Below are positions 34,500 to 42,607 of a DNA stretch of 42,607 bases, piece after piece (the first letter of the stretch is position 1; each line of letters opens with the position of its first letter). The DNA is from Craspedostauros australis (taxonomy: Eukaryota). The position numbers and the translations under genes were made by a program. The DNA is taken from assembly GCA_030167865.1 (NCBI GenBank), contig JALAGF010006072.1, positions 1 through 42,607 on the forward strand, in the 5' to 3' direction. The notes beneath the pieces were generated by a model that saw nothing but the letters and a program-made list of their open reading frames with translations, was not told the DNA's origin and did no database searches.

Positions 34500-35696
34500 A
34501 TGCTACTCATCCAACCACACAACCAAGACCATCACCGACATCACGGCCACCGTCTCGGCAATCATGCCAGTGACGAGGTGCAGCTCCAGATCCAGCAACA
34601 ATTGCAAGAACGGTACCAGCAGAGGATGCAGGCCCAGCGCCAACGGCAACAGCAGCGGCAGCAGCACCGTGCGGGTGCCAGACAATCGCAATCCAAGCAA
34701 TGCCAGCGACGCCAACTGCAACAATCGTCACGGCCTGCATCAGCCTGCACCAAGCCGGTCGTCAACACTGATACCCACGGACGTCCATCCGTTCACCGAT
34801 GTCGGGAGCGCACGCAGACACCATCGAAGGAGCAATCGCAACCACGGAACAAGGCACATGCACATGCACGTGCACAGCAAAGCGCGGACGATGGCACAGA
34901 GACAAACGAGACGCCCATCGGCACGCAGCAGGATTTGATCGTCACCCAGTACGTCCAGACGATCACATCCGACACCGACCAAGGCATGAGCTGCATGGAG
35001 GTCGCCTGCTTGGGCAAGGCGTTCTCCCGCTTCCAGAGAGCGTTGCACATCACGCTCAACCTATCCGCGACACAGCCAAACTTCGTGTTTCACCAATATC
35101 TCACGCCTCAAACAGACGCCGAACATCAGCAGCAACAGCAGGAGCCGGCCAGATTCTTTTCCAACGGAGAGGGCGACATCATCTACCACCAGGGCCTTCG
35201 CGTAGACAGCCTCCTCAGACGGCTTCCCATGGATGCCAATCCAAGGCAGAGACTCTCTCTGGTAGTCGTCAGCCTGTTGTTCAACATGGCAGCATGCTTC
35301 CACCTCAAGGCAATCTCCAGCTTCGACCGCAGGGTCCAAAACATCAGCTTCCACAAGGCGCAGCGATTTTACGCCAAAGCGCACAGCTGCCTCCTCGATG
35401 CTTACCCCAAGCTCGCCAACACAACATCGGTGGGGGATGACGAAGTCGACTTTCTGTTTCTCGTCCTTCTCAACAACCTATCATCTGCTGCGTCGACTAT
35501 CAGCTCACGCAGGCAGTCTGTCTCGGTCGACGTGCTGCATCAGGACGAGCGCGAACCAAGCTATGCCGAGCAGCTCATCACCTTCGCGCAGAATGTGCCG
35601 CGGTCGACGCAGCGCATCGAACAGTGTCGCAAAACATTCCTGCTTCATGCCCTGCTCGTGCGCGAAAGGCCCACGAATCTGGCACCAGCAGCGTGA
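34500..35696 (+). CDS. Hypothetical protein, 398 aa: Q/H-rich N-terminus, TPR-like helical C-terminal domain, terminal LAPAA motif
   Basis: ATG-started ORF. The pattern LFNMAACFHL...KAQRFYAKA...LVLLNNL...NLAPAA* matches my recollection of an expanded uncharacterised diatom family. Confidence 0.82.
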   Translation: MLLIQPHNQDHHRHHGHRLGNHASDEVQLQIQQQLQERYQQRMQAQRQRQQQRQQHRAGARQSQSKQCQRRQLQQSSRPASACTKPVVNTDTHGRPSVHRCRERTQTPSKEQSQPRNKAHAHARAQQSADDGTETNETPIGTQQDLIVTQYVQTITSDTDQGMSCMEVACLGKAFSRFQRALHITLNLSATQPNFVFHQYLTPQTDAEHQQQQQEPARFFSNGEGDIIYHQGLRVDSLLRRLPMDANPRQRLSLVVVSLLFNMAACFHLKAISSFDRRVQNISFHKAQRFYAKAHSCLLDAYPKLANTTSVGDDEVDFLFLVLLNNLSSAASTISSRRQSVSVDVLHQDEREPSYAEQLITFAQNVPRSTQRIEQCRKTFLLHALLVRERPTNLAPAA

Positions 35697-38486
35697 TTCT
35701 CACGACTCATAGCACTGGAGAGTACGCACCATACGGCGGCGACTGAATTCAACATCATCTGCTGGCGCTGGCACAGAGCCAGGTGGGCGTGTTGTCAATG
35801 TCCCTGCGGAATGAACGGCGGACCATCGCATCACTTTACCATACCGTATGGTGCTCCACTCCAATTTTTCATATTTCAAGGTGGATATACACAAGCGCGC
35901 ACAGCTCGGAACAGCCACAGCCAGCAACTCTTCTGTGGTCATGATGGATTTTCGAAGCCTTTTCAGTTTTCTCACAACGGGGGCGGGGTACAGCTACGAG
36001 CTATCCAACTCCTCCTCAACACGAAACAACAACGCCAACAGGAACGCAGCAGCACTGTATCAATATTGTAAACATCACAGCAAATATTACGCTCCACTCT
36101 AGCGCCCCTACGGTCCAGAGTACTCTGTTTGTTTGGTTGATTGGGACCAGCATGCGCAGCATTCTACAGAGCAGGCAGCCAATGCTGGTGCCAGCACTGT
36201 GTGTGTTCTCGAGTCAGAGCGCCGTGTAGACCTTGCGAGAAATACACGCCACGTATGTGACTCCAAGTACTGCTTTACTCGGTCACTGTAGTCGTGGGCA
36301 TGCGCCAGCACTAAAGGATAGAAAACTATTTTTGTATGAGACCAGATTGAGGCGGTTGCAATCCACGTCACCCCGAGATTGGTTTCAGACGTATTAGACT
36401 ACATTCTCTCTCTCTCTCTCTCCACTCGTTGAGGATGGGAGAGAGCGTCGTTGTAGATCACCAACTGCGGCTATTTGCGGGATGGACCGACGGTTGGTCT
36501 TTGGACCATCATATTGTGTTCCATTATACTACATGTGCATGGAGCAAATGCATCTGTGTTGGGGAAGATGGAAGAGCTCTTTCTCCTCTCTGCACGTACG
36601 AGTGCAGAGCCTGCCCACTCCGTTGACAGGTGGTCGCCACTTCTTCGTGCCGTGGTTGGGCGAGCCCTTGCGAATGATTCGCACTCCATACTCGTTTAGA
36701 GAGTAGAGAGTAGAGGCCACTGTGGCATTTGCTGCTGTTGGATGGACGAGAGAAGAAGAGGACGAACATTTGGCGCAGTGCTCCCTTGGCAGACTGCAAT
36801 CCCTTCCTGCAGTCCAACCCAGAGATGGATCCTCGACGCGATCGAGGATGGATTTGACGTTGGCGTGGGAGAAACACCTCCTTGTGATGTGAGTGCGCTA
36901 AAATTTAGAATCTCGTTCACAAAGGAAATCGATGGCAAGTCTGGGCAATAAAGAGGGATGGAGGGAGAGAATAGAGAATGTGGTGGTGTTGACGTTGCAG
37001 TAACGACAATAGATGTTGAAGCGACAACTTTGCCTTGACCTTTAACTGGGCGGACGCTTCGCCAGATAGGACTACTTTTCTATCGTGGCACATGATGCAT
37101 TCCTCTCCGTATTCGCACGTATAATAGGTAGCTCGAATAATAGTTTGCATCTCGTGCCTCATGGATGGTGCGGACGAGACAACCATGCCATCACACGACA
37201 GCGCAGTTGAAGATGGCATCTCTGGAAGTTGTCACTTTGCCCGGACTATTAATTGTCGCAACGACGTGAACACCCCGTCAACACCTCCATGCACACTGGA
37301 GTACAGTACTCTAGTTCATACCTTGGAATATTCTGCTCTGCTGGTGCACACAACCCCCATGCGACCTTTGGCACTTTCCGGAGATTGCCTCCTCCATCAT
37401 TCTCAAACTGGAATTTCACTCTCACAATTCGTTTGCATCGGGATCAGTACATACTCGAGATGCTACCGATGCTCGTACGTGTGTGCGTAGGAGTCGCAAA
37501 GTCGCCGAAGGAAACCAGCCGATCTCTCCCTCACCACGACCTACGATTTGGCAGCCTCCCCGACTCTCCTCTATTGCCTACCACACACATGGCATGCGTG
37601 TTCAAAGCAGATGTTGTGACGGAAAGTTATCTACTTCCACTGGACTACTCTCCCCAACACTCGCGCAGACTCTGCTTGGGTGCAGAAATGTCCACGGAAT
37701 AGTGCTATACTCCTACTCGTATCTCACTCTGCGACTGGGCAGTATCAGGTGTCTGACAGTTTCTACACGCAAGCTCGTGCTCGCAATCTCACGTGCTCGG
37801 ATGGCACCAAAGAGAGATCTTCTGGTACGGACGTCCTGAAGAATCGCAGCGACAACCAGCCTCAAAGCAGTTGCGCACTCTATCTGCATCAGGTTTACAT
37901 TCGACATCGTTCACAATCCTCTGTGTTTGCAAGCGATGATTCAGTGGCATCCACATCTGCATACTCTGCACGTGCCTCCTCTTGGTCGTCAGTGAGACAG
38001 AGGACCAGGGCAGGCCATCCACTCACACTTTCCAGTAGCGTAGGAGGCGTTGTTTGCATGCATCAGTGTGAGTAGAGTAGCTCGTACGTACCTATGGTAG
38101 AGCACTCTCTACTATACCTGGTCCCAGATGGTGGCGACGAAAAACTCGCCCAAGGTGTGTCCAGTTTTTCGTTCTTCTTTCGATTTCGGCATTGTCGATT
38201 GAAGCCGCAGGCGAAACAGAATATCCCCCATTGTCGCAGAGCGGCATCGAACTCACCCCACTTTTTGACAACGTCCAAGACGCTCTCTACCATGCTGGAC
38301 AAGGATGGCGCCATTCATGCGCCGCACATGGTACGCGCACGGGACCGACAAGAATACGCACAACCAAGAGTGACATACGATATACCATACGCTCTGTGGG
38401 TATTGACACGCCACCATCTCTGACACAACAATTCCCACGATCGTGGATGAGGCTCTGTACCGTGTCCTTCCATGCGTTCCGGCTCT

Positions 38487-38519
38487 GGCATCGGCATCGG
38501 CATCGGCTTGGGCATCGGC
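38487..38519. repeat. Imperfect (GGCATC)n hexamer repeat
   Basis: ggcatcggcatcggcatcggcttgggcatcggc. Confidence 0.7.
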
Positions 38520-40656
38520 CTCACTTTCCACACTCCCTGTGCTCGTATCGACAGAGAGACACGGCGATTTTCGTATCAGCTCATCTGCACTTGATGCTGG
38601 CACCAGAACAAGAACACGCCAGCTGCTCCGTTGGGGCTCTTTCCACTTCGTTCTGGAACAAAGAAGTCGTCAAGCAAGCTCGTACTCTGCCGCTCTTCCT
38701 AGGACAGCCAGGCTATCGCTGCAATGTTGTGAATCTTGGTCGGTCCCATACTTACGTATATTACGACAGACTACTCGTATGTATTGTTCTACACATGAAT
38801 GGTCCTCTCGAACATTCTGTTTCGAGCGCATGGGAACAAAGCACAAATATGATAATCCTTGGCTTGCACGCGTATAGTAGTCCGGCAGAAAGCTATTCAT
38901 TCCTGGTGGCAATGGCCGGTGCGGCGACGCCTGAAGATCCGAAAACCCTCCATCGTCCTGTTCTGCTTGCACTCCTCTACATTGTACATGTTCTATCAAC
39001 GGGTGCAACGGACGCGTCAGGACGACCTTGTCATTGTTGAAGCAATGGCTCCTGCACCGGCCTCTACCCGGCAATGAACCGAAGGGCAGGCCAGATGTGG
39101 AGCAATGAGATTGTTGTTGTGGTGTAATCAGATATTTTAAACTGGATTTATGGCTGCTTGTTGCCGGTCGCCAGCTTGTTGCCGATGTCCGGCTTGTTGT
39201 TGTTTTTCTTGTGTTTGCTTGCTTGATGTTGGTGGTGGCTGCCAGCCGTTGATTCGCACCGACGAATGACGTCATTGGCATTCCCTGGTTTCTTTGGTTT
39301 CGCGCCATCTGTCAGCACAATTTGGGCATCTGCTCCAACAGTCATGCCTTCCTTGAGGTTTCTGGTGGAACGGTTCCCATCCTGTCGGCCGACAACTGGA
39401 CATTCGTCACGGAGGAGTCAACGAGCGGCGTGAGGGGAGCGTTCCGACTTCGTACCTGTCAGATGTTCAAAGACAGCGACAGTCAACAAGTGGACAGAGT
39501 ATTGGTAGCGACGCGGGTCCACAGCGGAAAAGCAGGACCGGGCTGCGGCGAGCGGAGAGCGATCGTCCTGGTTCGAACACGTAACATCGCAGCAAGGAAC
39601 CAGACGGTTCATGCGTGAGCGTGCAAGTACTTCCCCAACGTACGGCACGGCATCTCATCGCACAAGGCAAGGAGAGCAGGCAAGAGAGCAAGCAATGCAA
39701 GTGCATCGCTGCTCCGTATTGCAAAGCGTGTAATCTCACTTTCTAGCGTGCTTGCAACTAATGCGGACATGCTCAACGGTGTACCTATCCATGAAGTGCT
39801 CACTACGCGGATTAATCGCTGTTTCTCCTCGTCACCGAATGTATCGAACGCGATGCGGAGCAGTCTCAATCGACTAATATCGACCTTCGAACATGCATCC
39901 GCTCAATTGCAATGGACGCATCTTGTCGTCACTGGGAACCTTCTTTTCCTTCTGTCCAAGCCCCGAGATGGTGACGAGGTCGCTCATTCAGCGCGTTGCA
40001 AGCGAGGTTGATGTGTACGCTCGTAGTAAAAGCTTGAAACTTGTTGCGATCAATCTTGAGCGTCGGTGCGAAGTCGTTGAATGGAGCATCTTGTGAACGG
40101 GTTGTCGACCGGGCGATCCAGTCAGGGCTAGGATGATTGGATCTTGGTGCTGATTCCATCTCATCATTTCTACCTGTGTGGCGGCACGATCGTTGAGTTA
40201 CTTACATTGCATCATATTATACTATAATACAATCAAGTATTATATCATCTATTACTCGTACCGCAGATATGGCATTGAAACGACGTCCGCTTCCATCCGC
40301 GGGCCAGTCCATGGTGCTTGAGGCAACCACCCAAGGACTGTTGGATGTCATGCCCGTACAGTGCGCGCAGGCACGACGAGCGTGTAGTGCAGGCCAAGAA
40401 TTGTGATCGAATGCCTCTATTGTCCACCTTGTTATGCATTTGCTGGTTTTGTTGCGAGATGCTGAGGCATCGTCATCGAAGCGCTTGCAATTGCCATCAT
40501 GCTTGTAAGTGTTCTGAGTACTTCCGAGCACGCTCCTGTTTTGGATGGCGTCGTTGTTGTCGGCGACGGCTCTGTTGCTGTTTTGGTTGTTCTTGCTCCA
40601 GTTGCTGCGAATGGTCGTGCCAGTTACGTTGCACTTGCACTCGTATGATCGATGTG

Positions 40657-41709
40657 TTATGATCTCTTGTCAGCATCGTTGTCAGCATCGTTGTCAGCAT
40701 CGTTGTCAGCATCGCTCCCAGCACCGAACTCAACGTCATCAGCACCATCATCACCGTCACCATCGTGATGATCGGTAGGTCCATCGTTGATCGTGCGGGT
40801 GTGATTGGCAATGTTATCGTTCTCGCCACCACTGTCGTTGTTGGTGGCAACGTCGTCTCCATGGATTAGGAACGGTTCTGCAAGATTATTTGTTTCCGAA
40901 CGGTCTGTGCGATCCGAGTGGCCCATGCTGTTCGTTTCATGGCCATGAATGAAAGACACAAACCCCTCGGGCATCAAATCTCCAACGATCGATGCCACAT
41001 CCGAGATTTCATCGCTGGACGTTCGCCGCTGCCGCGATCCGTGCCGACTTCCGTCTATGGTAGCAATATCCGCCATCATGACATCCAAAAAGGTCCTCTC
41101 CTCGACGCAAACGCCCAGATAGATGATCTGCGCGAGCAGCAGCGCGTTGAAGATCAGCGCAGTGACGAAATTGAATAGCAGCAGCGGATCCGAACCGGCC
41201 AGCGTGATCGTCGTGAAGATTCGGATGAGCGTGCCCATAATCGCCAGCATCGATGTCACGGGCGAGTAGTCACCAGCCGACTGATTCCTGTGGTTGAGGA
41301 GCATCTGAGGGACCAGGGCCCCCACTCCAAGGAACGTGGACAGCAACTGACCCATGGCGATGGCGTCCCGTGGCACGTGCACCAGCAATGTGTACGTCGT
41401 CGCAACGTAGACAACAACCGAAGCGCGGAATGCGTTCGTTTGCAGGAGCTTCTGGTAGTACGCGGTCATCCCTAGGATGGTGACGATCTGCGCGGCGATG
41501 ATGAGATTCTCCACATACGTGGAAAGCGGGTAGTTGTGCGTGTACGCATACAGGATTACGAAGGTGTAACCGCATAGGTGGCACCACCAGGTCGTGATCG
41601 CCAAGCCGTCCGCCGATTTCTGCCTCGAAAGCCTCACGATGATGGGGGAGAAGAGGAGGAAGGACCCCATTCCGACGAAATATCCCAAGGATTCTGCGAT
41701 GAAATCCAT
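40657..41709 (-). CDS. MPDU1: PQ-loop membrane protein, MPDU1/Lec35-like (mannose-P-dolichol utilisation defect 1 family), ~350 aa with an acidic C-terminal tail
   Basis: LGYFVGMGSFLLFSPII...KSADGL, YPLSTYVE, VPQMLLNHRNQSAGDYS, IRIFTT, DPLLL and LLAQIIY, with about 6-7 hydrophobic segments. Start set at the ATG at 41709. Confidence 0.85.
   Translation of the reverse strand: MDFIAESLGYFVGMGSFLLFSPIIVRLSRQKSADGLAITTWWCHLCGYTFVILYAYTHNYPLSTYVENLIIAAQIVTILGMTAYYQKLLQTNAFRASVVVYVATTYTLLVHVPRDAIAMGQLLSTFLGVGALVPQMLLNHRNQSAGDYSPVTSMLAIMGTLIRIFTTITLAGSDPLLLFNFVTALIFNALLLAQIIYLGVCVEERTFLDVMMADIATIDGSRHGSRQRRTSSDEISDVASIVGDLMPEGFVSFIHGHETNSMGHSDRTDRSETNNLAEPFLIHGDDVATNNDSGGENDNIANHTRTINDGPTDHHDGDGDDGADDVEFGAGSDADNDADNDADNDADKRS
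40667..40714 (-). repeat. 12-bp tandem repeat x4 encoding DADN repeats
   Basis: (ttgtcagcatcg)4 on the + strand, perfect copies. Confidence 0.95.
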
Positions 41710-42264
41710 GATGCCAGTGACAGTGGAGATTGGTGTTTGCACGAGCAAAGTGGAGCAGTGGTGGTGGTTCCACGTTGGCAAGGTGACGATGAACAGAAGA
41801 TGCGATGCGATACGATACGATACGATGGGATGGCGGTGACGTCTATTCTATGGCGTTGTCTCTATGCGAATGCTGTATTACATGAAGATGTGAGGATGCG
41901 ATACTCTTGCTCGTATCGAAGATGGCAGCAAGCGTGAACTCTGATCCGGAGGGAGATCAATGGCAGAACAGAACAGGGTAAGGCAAAACCTCAACGTGGA
42001 GAAATGAACAACGCGATGATGTTGCTTCTTGTGTGTCTCTTTTTCTGCGAACAAAGATGGAATTCCGCCATCAGCATTTTGTGCGTTCGTGTCATTGTGG
42101 ATCGTTTTTTGGGTCTTGGTATTCTTCACGATTCCTCGCTCGAAATGGCGCGACTGGAAGGACCCGTTCGACTGCGTTCCACCGAATCTCTGTTGCACAT
42201 GCTGTCGTACAAGTCGTAGGTTCTGTGCTTGATTCCTAGTGGCTATTGGCTAATTTCCGGTTTT

Positions 42265-42522
42265 TTGGTAATTATTGGTAACCATTGGCATATCGCCGAC
42301 GGCACAAGCTGCCATTTGATGAGTTGATGCCCGTTNNNNNNNNNNNNNNNNNNNNNNNNNNNNNNNNNNNNNNNNNNNNNNNNNNNNNNNNNNNNNNNNN
42401 NNNNNNNNNNNNNNNNNNNNNNNNNNNNNNNNNNNNNNNNNNNNNNNNNNNNNNNNNNNNNNNNNNNNNNNNNNNNNNNNNNNNNNNNNNNNNNTTTTTT
42501 CGTTGGTAACCATTGGTAACCA
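42265..42522. repeat. TTGGTAACCA decamer arrays on both sides of a 159-N gap (42336-42494)
   Basis: ttggtaatta-ttggtaacca-ttggca (42265-42290) and ttggtaacca-ttggtaacca (42503-42522), each preceded by a T-run. Confidence 0.7.
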
Positions 42523-42607
42523 CGTAGAGTCTACGACGTTCTGGTACAGAAATTTGTTGCGTTTTGGTCCAATAGCGACCGACTGTCTTCCAAAGACCCG
42601 CATCCAA

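Noticed and set aside
35790..36070. CQCPC...TADH as another LINE zinc knuckle
   Set aside because: Only one or two motifs with wrong spacing; too weak to call.
37200..37440. HLWKLSL...CRNDV as another LINE relic
   Set aside because: A single partial motif with a high risk of over-matching; needs an HMM test.
42242..42576. 8-bp inverted pair GCTATTGG / CCAATAGC as terminal inverted repeats
   Set aside because: It does not extend in either direction and there is no target-site duplication.

Overview
Eukaryotic nuclear DNA, most likely from a diatom. This is inferred from a signal peptide + Phe (ASAFAP-type) plastid presequence on GyrB and from protein architectures I associate with diatoms. 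There are eight apparently single-exon CDSs. Three are confidently recognisable: plastid-targeted DNA gyrase B, a sphingolipid delta-4 desaturase (DES1/DEGS1) and a PQ-loop MPDU1/Lec35-like protein. The others are a 1715-aa ARM-repeat protein with an N-terminal CxxC...CxxC module, a 2275-aa disordered protein with many PPxRTKS repeats, an F-box-like/Cys-cluster protein, a basic disordered protein with a D-box, and a TPR-like protein ending in 'APAA'. The least obvious signal is in the intergenic DNA. At least three, possibly four, frameshifted fragments (about 380-920 +, 7340-7640 +, 20780-21170 -, 32570-33230 -) can be threaded across frames into the C-terminal end of a non-LTR (LINE-like) retrotransposon ORF. 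I found no rRNA, tRNA or CRISPR array and no complete novel multi-gene system. All family calls come from reading motifs by eye, not from database searches.
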